Source of the DNA: an uncultured virus (IMG/VR IMGVR_UViG_2643221571_000003)
Taxonomy: Duplodnaviria; Heunggongvirae; Uroviricota; Caudoviricetes
IMG/VR virus record: IMGVR_UViG_2643221571_000003
Location: 1-64,000 of that record
Strand: one strand, 5' to 3'
Length of the DNA stretch: 64,000 nt
The notes under the pieces were generated by a model. The model worked only from the letters and a program-made list of their open reading frames with translations, was not told the origin of the DNA and did not search any database. Position 1 is the stretch's first letter. The number at the start of each line of letters is the position of its first letter. This document shows positions 8,139 through 17,066 of this stretch, piece by piece. The position numbers and the translations under genes were made by a program.

Positions 8139-10304
8139 TTAAGCCGCTTCCGCCTGGCGTTCAGCCACTCGCCACGGGTCGTTGGCTCTGGCCAGCGCTG
8201 CCATAGGCGGAGGACTGACGCTGTTACCGCACATGTGCACCTGCTGGGTCTTGGTGAACGGCTTGCCGTCGGCGCCGTGGCTGATGATGTAGTCGGCCGG
8301 GAAGCCCTGGGCCTTGTACAGCTCGGCCGGCTTCAGCATCCGCAGGCAAATGTCGACGATAACGTAGGGCGTACCCTTCACCATCACGGTAACCATCGCC
8401 AGGCGGTCCTTGGTGGTGATGGTCGGCGCAGGCGAGTCGCAAGCGCTGATGTTCTCGGTGCCGTAGTAGCTGATCAGGAAGGCGGCGACGCGCAGGGCGC
8501 CCGCTTCATGCTCCGGCGACAGGGTGAGCGACACCAGCGAGCTCTTGCCACCGCCGCCGGCCGTGATCGTCGGCGCCGGATCATCCAAGCCCTGGCCAAC
8601 ACTGCCGCCGAATGCCCGCTCCATGAATGCGCAGACCAACCCGTGGTGCTGGCCGCCGGCGCTGACGGTGTGTAGCGGGTCGTTCACGTCCCGTGCATCA
8701 CAGTTGCCGCGCATGTGCACCAGGTGCGCTGTTGCCAGTTGCTGCTGGCTGCCGGTGTTGGTGACCGTGGTCATGGGTTCGTGCATGCCCTTGGCATGCG
8801 TGGTGTTGAATCCACCGTTCGCCTGGATCATCACCGCGGCGCTGACTGACTGTCCGCCGCCGCTGGCAGTGACGGTGCCGACCGGGCCGCAGATGTCGTT
8901 CACCCCGTGGGAGCGCCGCTTGTTTGCGCCGGAACCCTCACCATGCCCAGCTTGGACGATGCAGGCCGATGCGACCGCGCGGTGGCTATGGGTCATGAGC
9001 GTGCCGATGGGCTGATCTGCTGTTACCGGGTTTCCGGCGTACACCGGGCCACCGGCCCGCACCAAAATCGAGCTGGTCAGCGCATGCTTGACGCCGCCGG
9101 CGACCACGGTGCCTAGGGGTTGATCAAGGCCTGGCACCCGTGGTTCCTGTCCAGGGCGCTCGCCGTACCCCGACTGAATCAACGTAGGGCTGATCAAAGT
9201 TAGTTCACCGCGATTCGCGCAGGTCACCGTCGGCAGCGGCTCGAGCGGGTCATTGATGCGATCGCTGCCCTGGTGCGTCGCCGGGGCGATGGTCGGGCTC
9301 ACAACCGAGAAGGCGCCGCCCTTGGGGTAAGAGGTTACGGTGCGCTGCGGCTCGTCGGCCGACTGCACCGTTTCCCCTGACCAGTTGGCTATCGGCACAA
9401 TGAACGGCGCCGCGCTGTCGATGACAAACTTCTTCATGCCCTTGGCAACTCGGCGCAGGGTGGCCGGTGCCAGGTCCCTCTTGCGGCCAAAGATGCTTTT
9501 GCCCAGGTCGGTGAAGTCGATGCAGTCAGCGGCTGTTTTCCACTTCAGCTGTCCCTTGGCGGGGTTCTTGGCATGGGTTGGCTCGGGCCACACGATCGGC
9601 TGCCCGTCGCACCGGGCGATCATGAACAGGCGCTCCCGGCTGGTGGGCGCGCCGAAGTCGCATGCCCGAATCACTTTCCACTCAACGACATAGCCCATGC
9701 CTTCCAGCAAGGCCACGAATCGTCGCCAGGTCCGGCCGCGCTGCTTTGGATCAGGGATCAGGAATTGCTGGCCCACCGGCACGACTTCACCGGGTGCCGC
9801 AACGTCGCCGCCGAGTTTCACCACCCGGCCGGTGGCCTTGTCGCGCTTGGCGATCAGTCGGCCCCATTGCAGGATCTGCTTCACGTTCTCGAGGCTGATC
9901 ACCCGGGGCCGCTTCATGCCTGCCCACTTGAGCCCGATCCACGACAGGTTGCGGATCTCGCGCTTGCGCGGTTGACCACCGGCGGCCTGGGAGTGGTGCG
10001 TGCAGTCCGGCGACATGTGGAACCAGCCCACGGCCTTGCCGCCACACTCGGTGTCCGGGTCACCCTCGAAAACGTCGGTAGTGAAGTGCTGTGCGCCGGG
10101 GTGGTTCACTGTGTGCATGCTGATCGCTTGCGGGCTGTGGTTCTTCGCCACGTTCACCGTGCGGCCCAGGCCCATTTCCAGCCCGGTACCGGCGCCGCCG
10201 CCGCCACAAAAGAAGTCGACAACGATCTCATCGTCCTGAGGGTTGAAGCCGAGTCCGTATTGGGTTTTGAAATCGAAGGGCTGTGTTTTGTTTCGTGCGG
10301 ACAT
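8139..10304 (-). CDS. DNA cytosine-5 methyltransferase (orphan)
   Basis: DFFCGGGG motif I, SPDC motif IV, ENV motif VI, RERLF, GNSV motif X. Confidence 0.92.
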   Translation of the reverse strand: MSARNKTQPFDFKTQYGLGFNPQDDEIVVDFFCGGGGAGTGLEMGLGRTVNVAKNHSPQAISMHTVNHPGAQHFTTDVFEGDPDTECGGKAVGWFHMSPDCTHHSQAAGGQPRKREIRNLSWIGLKWAGMKRPRVISLENVKQILQWGRLIAKRDKATGRVVKLGGDVAAPGEVVPVGQQFLIPDPKQRGRTWRRFVALLEGMGYVVEWKVIRACDFGAPTSRERLFMIARCDGQPIVWPEPTHAKNPAKGQLKWKTAADCIDFTDLGKSIFGRKRDLAPATLRRVAKGMKKFVIDSAAPFIVPIANWSGETVQSADEPQRTVTSYPKGGAFSVVSPTIAPATHQGSDRINDPLEPLPTVTCANRGELTLISPTLIQSGYGERPGQEPRVPGLDQPLGTVVAGGVKHALTSSILVRAGGPVYAGNPVTADQPIGTLMTHSHRAVASACIVQAGHGEGSGANKRRSHGVNDICGPVGTVTASGGGQSVSAAVMIQANGGFNTTHAKGMHEPMTTVTNTGSQQQLATAHLVHMRGNCDARDVNDPLHTVSAGGQHHGLVCAFMERAFGGSVGQGLDDPAPTITAGGGGKSSLVSLTLSPEHEAGALRVAAFLISYYGTENISACDSPAPTITTKDRLAMVTVMVKGTPYVIVDICLRMLKPAELYKAQGFPADYIISHGADGKPFTKTQQVHMCGNSVSPPPMAALARANDPWRVAERQAEAA

Positions 10305-10371
10305 GGGGAATACTCGCCGGCGTAAAATAGCTACGGCATAATCATCTGGTGGATGAAGTCTGGAGAGTGCT

Positions 10372-11142
10372 TTGAAAAAAGATTGGGTAATCTGGGTTGG
10401 TTGTATTGGACTCTTTTTCGCTGGGGGCATTTATTTCAATATGCTCCCTCAATTGGTTTGGAAAAAAGACATTGGGATTAGTGATCTTGTAGCTGGAGCT
10501 TCAGCGGTAGCTGCTGCGTTCGCCGCGTTCGCGGCTTGGAAGTCTGCATTGATTTCAAGTGAAGCTGCGAGTGACAGTAGAGTGTTTTCTCGTATGCAGG
10601 CTTACATAATGCATAGACAACAGTTTGAGGCGTTGTTAACGCAAATGGAAAAGGAATTGTTGGTGCGATTTAAGGAGAAAGATAGATTGTATAATGATAT
10701 TTTTCCAAATAATCGTCACCTGAAACGTCCATTCAGCATGGAGGCTAATGGCGAAGAATTTAAGGCATGGTCAAGCTTTTTCAAAGAGTTGCTAGGTAAA
10801 ACGAATAAGTACCCTGCAATGGGCTTGAGAGAGCTAAAAACGTGGATGGTTGATCAGCTAATGCTTACGGGGAACTATCTGCGATTTGATTTTGATCTTG
10901 ATTCCGATATCGGCGTATTCATCATTGAAGGAATTAAAACTAGAGTGTCCATGGATGATCCGATGCTTTCGCTCAGGCTTGCGAGTAAAGTCATCAATCA
11001 CTTTTCTGTATTCGGAATGACGGATGCTTATCTAGGCATGTCATCGCCACCCGAGTACTTCGTCGACGCTCTCAAGGATCTTCAGCTCACAACATTTACA
11101 GGCGGAGGAGGATGTGAATATCGGGAGTTCGGCAAATCGTAG
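10372..11142 (+). CDS. Two-TM moron protein, candidate anti-phage membrane effector
   Basis: AT-rich; two N-terminal hydrophobic segments; Y-x2-H-x3-F...LY-x2-IFP-N motif. Confidence 0.65.
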   Translation: MKKDWVIWVGCIGLFFAGGIYFNMLPQLVWKKDIGISDLVAGASAVAAAFAAFAAWKSALISSEAASDSRVFSRMQAYIMHRQQFEALLTQMEKELLVRFKEKDRLYNDIFPNNRHLKRPFSMEANGEEFKAWSSFFKELLGKTNKYPAMGLRELKTWMVDQLMLTGNYLRFDFDLDSDIGVFIIEGIKTRVSMDDPMLSLRLASKVINHFSVFGMTDAYLGMSSPPEYFVDALKDLQLTTFTGGGGCEYREFGKS

Positions 11143-11219
11143 CAAATAGTGTTCTCCGTGCGACGCTGAGAGCACAAATTATTACTTTCATGACCTATAT
11201 CAGCACCAGCCTCTACCTT

Positions 11220-11279
11220 GCCGGCTGGCGTGATGCGTTGATATGGGGTATTACGGATGACCGGCATGGAGCCGGATCA
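11220..11279. repeat. ~60-bp early-region linker, copy 1
   Basis: Near-identical to 13202-13262 (GGCTGGCGTGAT-CGTTGA-ATGG-GTATTACGG-TGACCGGCATGGAGCCGGATCA). Confidence 0.8.
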
Positions 11280-11290
11280 AAGAGAGCGAA

Positions 11291-11539
11291 ATGTCACTAT
11301 CTGTTGATAGGCCACATCCCGTTGAATATCTGACAAAGAAGGTGGTTACCGTCCTGATAGATTTCAAATGGCGTGGCAACAGCGAAATTCCCGTTGCGGC
11401 CAGGCTTAGCATTCCAGGACAAGAAGCGGCAAAAACTCCAGTCGAAATAGTGGAAGGGCGGCACTGGGCAACCAAAGATCAAGCGTTGGCAGAGTGCCAA
11501 GAATCAGCCGAACGATGGATCGACTTGTCTCTTAGATAG
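11291..11539 (+). CDS. Hypothetical moron protein (paralogue of 4683-4931)
   Basis: F-x-WR, PVAA and AERWID motifs. Confidence 0.7.
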   Translation: MSLSVDRPHPVEYLTKKVVTVLIDFKWRGNSEIPVAARLSIPGQEAAKTPVEIVEGRHWATKDQALAECQESAERWIDLSLR

Positions 11540-11727
11540 CGGGTCAGCATGCCGCAAGGGCTATTTTGGAGCTTCAATTTGGTCGTCAGGCTCAGGCGGG
11601 TCATCGGCGAGCGACTTCAGGCCGCTGCCATGATGATCTGCGACACCTTTTCAGTAACGACAAAAGGTGTCGTTCCTGCCATTGCACCCGTCTAGCGATA
11701 CTGGATCTTCTGGAGCGGATGCGCAGG

Positions 11728-11979
11728 CTATATCGACAACTCCCTGAGCTTGCGCTCCGTTGCCCTGTCAAACTGAAGGATAAGTACCTCGCCTTGCTCT
11801 TCTGTGATTGCGCCTACGCATGTCAGGCCGATCACAAAGCCATGAGCTTTCGCACCGTATTTAACAGCCAATATCATTGATCCAGCAGTCTCTATCTCTC
11901 TAAGAATTTTTTCTGCAGGACGTAGCGCTGCGACTGGCAAGTCGAAACTGTCACTGGTCATCATCGACTCCACACACAA
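11728..11979 (-). CDS. Hypothetical protein
   Basis: Helical ~80-aa ORF; start uncertain. Confidence 0.5.
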   Translation of the reverse strand: MCVESMMTSDSFDLPVAALRPAEKILREIETAGSMILAVKYGAKAHGFVIGLTCVGAITEEQGEVLILQFDRATERKLRELSI

Positions 11980-12099
11980 GGTTCTGAGGCTTTATGCCAC
12001 GCGGGGCTTTTAGCCCTCTAAAAAATCATGACTGCCGCGGTAAGGCGGGGTTCAAAAAATGAAATGGTTCGGCTGACGAGCTCAGACCGGTAAAAAATA

Positions 12100-12527
12100 T
12101 TCGTCGCCCGCCAGTCGCTTCTGCGCAGCCTTGGCCGATCGTTCCTGAGCAGTCTTGACATGGACTACCTCTTCGATTCCATATGCTGGCAAATCAAGCC
12201 ATGTCTAACGGCGACGCTGTTGCATCTGGTTATTGATGCGCCACATGGGGTGTCGGCGAACTTGAAGCCGTTCTCCTGAGCGATCAACGTCACGCGCTTG
12301 ATGTGAATGCCCAGGTTCTTTGCTGCCATGCTCGTTGTAATGCCTTCGACCGCGTCTGCTCGTACATTAGCCGCCAGAATGGTCATGTCCTCGTTTGTGT
12401 TGGGCAACAACCGCCGAGGGGAACGGCTCGATCTCCGCGAACCAGGCGGTGCGCATGCCCAGCGGGTGCACGCTTGTGTCGCGGCCTTGATGCCGCTGCA
12501 CACAGAACCGTATGTGATATCGGACAT
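12100..12527 (-). pseudogene. Decayed early-gene remnants including a frameshifted C5-MTase N-terminus
   Basis: MSDITYGSVCSGIKAATQA/HPLGMRTAWFAEIEPFPSAV split across a frameshift; 12100-12200 resembles 15155-15240 (KTAQERSAK vs KTVQERSAK). Confidence 0.7.
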
Positions 12528-12737
12528 ATGGGAACCTCGTCGGCTGGCTTGATGTTGATTTTAGGAGTATNACCAGGCGGTGCGCATGCCCAGCGGGTGC
12601 ACGCTTGTGTCGCGGCCTTGATGCCGCTGCACACAGAACCGTATGTGATATCGGACATATGGGAACCTCGTCGGCTGGCTTGATGTTGATTTTAGGAGTA
12701 ATGGTATTTGAATAACTCATCCAGGCAGGAGGCCTAT

Positions 12738-12923
12738 ATGAGACTGCAAAGCGATATCGATGCACTTGCAGCAATCGAGGAAGACGCAGGCGAGATGCTC
12801 AAGTGGATTGGTCTTCCAGACGACAGGCAGAAACTGGAGATCGTAATTTGCTTGCGGCAAATAATTGATCTGGCGACTTATAGAAAGGAGGTTAGCGAGT
12901 ATTCGGAGCCATTGGCGCGATAG
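12738..12923 (+). CDS. Hypothetical protein
   Basis: AGGAGG RBS; 61 aa starting MRLQSDIDALAAIEED. Confidence 0.65.
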   Translation: MRLQSDIDALAAIEEDAGEMLKWIGLPDDRQKLEIVICLRQIIDLATYRKEVSEYSEPLAR

Positions 12924-12991
12924 TGCGTGGTTGGTTTGATTCGTTCAAGTGGGTGGTATGCTTTGCTGCTTATCAAACAGGGACAGTGGTA

Positions 12992-13186
12992 ATGGCCAGT
13001 AAAAAGCTTGAAGCGTTCCGCGAGTGGTTCATCCCCAAGCATCGGCGTCGAGTGGGTGGTGCTTTTGTGATTATATGGATCAGCGGACTTGTTTTGTATC
13101 CAAGCAACAACTGGATCTACGTATTGATTCCAGGAGTGATAATTTTCTTTAGTGCTTGGCCCTCGATAGTTCACGACAAGCGCTGA
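12992..13186 (+). CDS. Small two-TM membrane protein
   Basis: Basic N-terminus plus two hydrophobic helices. Confidence 0.55.
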   Translation: MASKKLEAFREWFIPKHRRRVGGAFVIIWISGLVLYPSNNWIYVLIPGVIIFFSAWPSIVHDKR

Positions 13187-13201
13187 GGCGCGCCCTGTCA
13201 T

Positions 13202-13262
13202 GCCTGGCTGGCGTGATTCGTTGACATGGAGTATTACGGGTGACCGGCATGGAGCCGGATCA
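13202..13262. repeat. ~60-bp early-region linker, copy 2
   Basis: See 11220-11279. Confidence 0.8.
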
Positions 13263-13976
13263 GGCGGCGGCGCTGGTCGCTTCTTTTATCGCCATGATGG
13301 CGTTAGCGGCGTGGCGCACGTAGTACAGGCGAGCCATCAGGCTTGGGCATGGCTTGCTGATCGTCGACTCCCAGAGGTCGCTGCCACCAATCAATTCTTC
13401 GTGCTCGCGCAGGAAGTCATAGGCCAGCACCACCTCGCTGTCGCGGCCATCGGCAAAGACCTCAACCTCCTCAACTACGTCAGCCAGTTCGGCGAACGGA
13501 AAGCGCTCGTCTTCTGCCTCATCGCGCTCACGCAGCCATTCAACAAGTTGTTCGGCCTGCTCCAGGGTGGCGCCCTTATTCGGGATGCCAGCTATCCACT
13601 CAGGCACTTCATCGCTCGGCAATTCGTAATCGATCCGGCCGGCGACGCACTCACACACCGTATCGCGGATCGCGTCGAAGTCGATCACCACGCGCTTGAT
13701 GTCGCCATCCAGCTTCTCATGCAGATACCCGTCGCTCTGATGGCGTAAAAAGTTGAGGCCGTAGCTGGAGCCGACGTGGAACACGAGCGGGCCGATATCG
13801 CCCATCATGCTCATGCCGAAGCGGGTAACACAGATGTCGAACCCGTAGCAGCTGCTGCCTGGTCGTGCGCAGCGCCAAACCTCGACGCCGTTTTCATTCA
13901 CCAGTTGGGTGTATTGGTGTTGGGCCAGGTCTTCTGCGACCCGGGCGGCGAGCGCGGTTCTTTCATGCTCTTTCAT
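13260..13976 (-). CDS. Phage hypothetical protein
   Basis: WRCARPGSS-YGFDI...GDIG-LVF...YLHEKL; GGAG RBS. Confidence 0.7.
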   Translation of the reverse strand: MKEHERTALAARVAEDLAQHQYTQLVNENGVEVWRCARPGSSCYGFDICVTRFGMSMMGDIGPLVFHVGSSYGLNFLRHQSDGYLHEKLDGDIKRVVIDFDAIRDTVCECVAGRIDYELPSDEVPEWIAGIPNKGATLEQAEQLVEWLRERDEAEDERFPFAELADVVEEVEVFADGRDSEVVLAYDFLREHEELIGGSDLWESTISKPCPSLMARLYYVRHAANAIMAIKEATSAAA

Positions 13977-14077
13977 GGATTATCTCCAGTCAGGCGCCGC
14001 CCTCCGTGACCGGTGGTGGCAATTTGGTTTGGGTTGGGATAGTTTTCTGAAAATTTAAATTCGAAGAGAGTTGGTTC

Positions 14078-14863
14078 ATGGACGAGAACACGTTGGATGG
14101 CGGCGCACAGGTTCTGGCCCAATTCCGGGATTTCATAGATGGGTGCTCGGGCAGAACCAAATGGGCGTCTGTAAATGCGGTTTCTCATATTGAGAAAGCG
14201 ATTGAGATATCTGCGATCGATCCAATGATGGCCGCGTTTCGGGCAATCTGTGCGGAAGAGGAAGCAGCTACAGCCCTAATATTTTCCCTAAAAGAGCAGA
14301 ATTATCCAGGATCTTCAAAGTTGTACTTTAGGCATCATGCGCACAAGCACGCGGTAATTTTATTTGTCAGTACAGTCATTCAATGGTTTGGTAATCGAAA
14401 AGCACAAGCAGGTGATAATTTCGGCCAGCACCGCATATTCTTCGATCAAGTGGACGGTCGTGTCGGACTGCACTTGGGATTACAGCTCGGAAATTTGGAT
14501 GTGCAGGTTCAGCCGACGCCTCCACTTCACATAATCATGCAGGGAGAAAGGACGCTTGCTGAAGAATTTCAAGATGAGATGAAGCTTCTCTTAGGATTTG
14601 AAAAGATCTCTGAAATTCGCACCCTCATTGAGCAACGTGCGAACTTCAGGAATACCATTCTGTACGCGACACCTGAGGGCGTGCCCAAACCGGCAGGGAA
14701 CGTAAATACCTTCATTCAAAACCAGGTCGGCATCGTCAACTCTTTGTTTACTGCGCTGGCCCTCATTGACCCGTGGAGGACTCCTAAGTATCCGAACTCT
14801 GGAATCGTCACCGTATCCATTGAGGTCTTTTCAGCGCTAATGGAAAGGGTCACGAAAGATTGA
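14078..14863 (+). CDS. AbiV/HEPN-like moron protein
   Basis: A-FRAICAEEEAA, H-x-HK and RNTILYA motifs; antisense orientation, lower GC. Confidence 0.6.
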   Translation: MDENTLDGGAQVLAQFRDFIDGCSGRTKWASVNAVSHIEKAIEISAIDPMMAAFRAICAEEEAATALIFSLKEQNYPGSSKLYFRHHAHKHAVILFVSTVIQWFGNRKAQAGDNFGQHRIFFDQVDGRVGLHLGLQLGNLDVQVQPTPPLHIIMQGERTLAEEFQDEMKLLLGFEKISEIRTLIEQRANFRNTILYATPEGVPKPAGNVNTFIQNQVGIVNSLFTALALIDPWRTPKYPNSGIVTVSIEVFSALMERVTKD

Positions 14864-15196
14864 TCACATGCGTGGCGGGTGTAGGATCACGTCGCCCGGG
14901 TCTTTCTGGATGGCGAGCAGGCTTTTATTTCGGAATTCCCGCGCCACGCTTTCCGTAGGTTCGAAAACGTGGCGCGGCGGATTCAGCAGTGGCTGGCACT
15001 TTGCCGAACCCAGCGCATGCAGGTGATGAATCATCAGCGTCATCGCCTCGCCTTGCTCAGTAATGCCTGACCACTCCATCAGCTCGGCCAGCGCCTGGCG
15101 GGTGCCGGGGCGAACCCTGAGCCTCAATTCCTCTTCGGCAAGTGCCACGCGCTTCCTGGCGGTTTTCGCCGAGCGCTCCTGCACAGTCTTGGCCAT
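14864..15196 (-). CDS. Phage hypothetical protein (possible ribbon-helix-helix)
   Basis: MAKTVQERSAK...ELRLRVRPGTRQAL; GAGG RBS. Confidence 0.7.
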   Translation of the reverse strand: MAKTVQERSAKTARKRVALAEEELRLRVRPGTRQALAELMEWSGITEQGEAMTLMIHHLHALGSAKCQPLLNPPRHVFEPTESVAREFRNKSLLAIQKDPGDVILHPPRM

Positions 15197-15265
15197 GGCC
15201 TACCTCTTCTATTCCGCTGGCCGGCAGTGCGAGCCAGGTTTGACGTTTGCGTTGGTGGATGCGAG

Positions 15266-15751
15266 CTATGCGGCGCATGAGTCGACCTTCACCTGGCGCC
15301 AAGCGCCGACCGCTTCGAAGATCCGCGCGGCATGTTCCTCGCCTAGCGACAGGGTGTCGGGGATAGCGATCCAGCCAGAAGCCACCATCTGGCTTTGATT
15401 GGCCTGGTCGCGCAGCTTCTTGTAGCAATGCTCGATCACGTCTTCCAGGTGGTCGGAGAGGTAGACGCCATCGGGCGCCACCTCCATCGACTTGCTGTAG
15501 CGGTCGCCGAGGGCGTCGATGCAGAGGGCGCTGAGGTAGATCGTCCACCGGTGGGGAATGCCGCACACGGCCTGGCCAGTCTTCCCCGGCGCGATGTTCT
15601 TCAGCGACTTGTAATTGATCATGCCCTGGCGGCCGCTGGGGTCGATGTTGACCACGGCGACGTGGTTGGAGACCAGCAGCGAGCGGCACGACCGGGCGAT
15701 GCGCGCCTGCAGGTTATACGGCTTGCACCGCTTTTTAGGTTTTCTAACCAT
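15266..15751 (-). CDS. Phage hypothetical protein
   Basis: Translationally coupled ORF in the early operon; GGAGG RBS. Confidence 0.65.
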   Translation of the reverse strand: MVRKPKKRCKPYNLQARIARSCRSLLVSNHVAVVNIDPSGRQGMINYKSLKNIAPGKTGQAVCGIPHRWTIYLSALCIDALGDRYSKSMEVAPDGVYLSDHLEDVIEHCYKKLRDQANQSQMVASGWIAIPDTLSLGEEHAARIFEAVGAWRQVKVDSCAA

Positions 15752-16253
15752 GACTACGCCTCCCACTATTTTCGTGGTATCCATGCTTCGCCTCGGCTGA
15801 TTTTCTAGCAGCGACTGCGCTAAGCAGGTCCTTGAAATACCCAAGATTTATGCGCTTGCCGCTGACCGTGATCCTTGCGACCCATCCGTCGGCGCGGGTA
15901 TGCCGGCGGACTCCGATACAGCCAGAAGCGCTGTCGCAACGAACAGCCCTGTTCCGGTCGTTTTCTTGTTTGGTCACCGCGCGAAGATTGCACCATCGAT
16001 TGTCGCCGCGAATACCATTTATATGGTCGATTTGATTCTCGGGAAAACTTCCTGTAACCATCAGCCAAGCCAGGCGATGAGCAAGATATTGCTTTACCCG
16101 AACCCTAATCATGCGGTAACCGTCACTCCTGACAAACCCGGCGACCTGGCCGATTTTCACTCGACCACACGTCTTAATCTTTCGGGTGAAAATACCGGTT
16201 TCAGGATCATAGTTAAGAGCTTCCAGAGCTTGATCCTTGATCAGATCGCTCAT
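15744..16253 (-). CDS. HNH endonuclease with AP2-like C-terminal domain
   Basis: YLAHRLAW, IDHINGIRGDNRWCNLR, GV...WVARI...LGYF. Confidence 0.9.
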   Translation of the reverse strand: MSDLIKDQALEALNYDPETGIFTRKIKTCGRVKIGQVAGFVRSDGYRMIRVRVKQYLAHRLAWLMVTGSFPENQIDHINGIRGDNRWCNLRAVTKQENDRNRAVRCDSASGCIGVRRHTRADGWVARITVSGKRINLGYFKDLLSAVAARKSAEAKHGYHENSGRRSHG

Positions 16254-16495
16254 AACGCCTCCGCAAGTTTGCGCAGCGCCTTACGCTCAGCCCTTGGAAT
16301 CGGGGGCTTGCGGCGCTTGAGGATGGTTTCGGGATCGATCTTGGTGGAGCGGGGCGGTGGCAGCGGTTTGCGTGGCGGGCTTGGTAACTGCGCTACGGTT
16401 CCGCCAGCGGCCAGGAACTGCGCTGTACGTTCCGCGATTGAATCAACGTGCTGTCGCTGATCCTCGACCAGGCTTAGGTGGTTGCTGACGTACAT
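16250..16495 (-). CDS. Phage hypothetical protein
   Basis: AQFLAAGGTV motif; GAGG RBS. Confidence 0.6.
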   Translation of the reverse strand: MYVSNHLSLVEDQRQHVDSIAERTAQFLAAGGTVAQLPSPPRKPLPPPRSTKIDPETILKRRKPPIPRAERKALRKLAEAL

Positions 16496-16502
16496 GGCGA
16501 CC

Positions 16503-17066
16503 TCACTTGATTCGGATCGAACTGTCGCCGCGCTCCAAGTGAGCCCAGGTAGGTTCGGGTAGAAGTTCGTGTTCAGCGTCTTCACCGGCTGCCACGCGCT
16601 TGCGCACCGCTTCGTTATGCTCGCGGATCTCCTTGAGCTTGGCGGCAATGGCCTTTTTGTCCGGAGCAATGCTCGACTTCACAGTGGTCAGCTCGTCCGG
16701 CACCGCATCTTCGTTGTCCACGATCACCCGTTCGCTGCCCATGGCCAGTGTGATGGTGAAGAGCGGACGCTTGATCGACTTGATGTTGGCTGCTTCCATG
16801 TTGCGGCGCAGGTAGTCGCTGATCTGCGACACGCTGTTGGATTTGATCCGCTTGAGTTCGGCCAAGCGCTCGATTTCGTTTTCGATGGCTGTCACGTCGC
16901 TTTCGATATTGCGGCGCAACATGACGATGTTGTCAGCCTTGATGTTGAAGTCGCCTTGGACCTCGTCCATTGCGTGCTGCAAGGCCTCCTTGAGCCCCTC
17001 ATCATCGGTGTCGGCCATGGCCTGAAGTTCGGCGAGTTTGCCGGTGAGTGCGTAGAGCTGAGTCAT
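16503..17066 (-). CDS. Siphovirus Gp157 family protein
   Basis: LYAL...KADNI...EIERL...DKKAI...SIRIK. Confidence 0.85.
   Translation of the reverse strand: MTQLYALTGKLAELQAMADTDDEGLKEALQHAMDEVQGDFNIKADNIVMLRRNIESDVTAIENEIERLAELKRIKSNSVSQISDYLRRNMEAANIKSIKRPLFTITLAMGSERVIVDNEDAVPDELTTVKSSIAPDKKAIAAKLKEIREHNEAVRKRVAAGEDAEHELLPEPTWAHLERGDSSIRIK

Noticed and set aside
12441..12700. Exact 129-bp tandem duplication (12441-12569 / 12572-12700)
   Set aside because: The copies are separated by an N at 12571, typical of overlapping contig ends at a scaffold join; likely an assembly artefact
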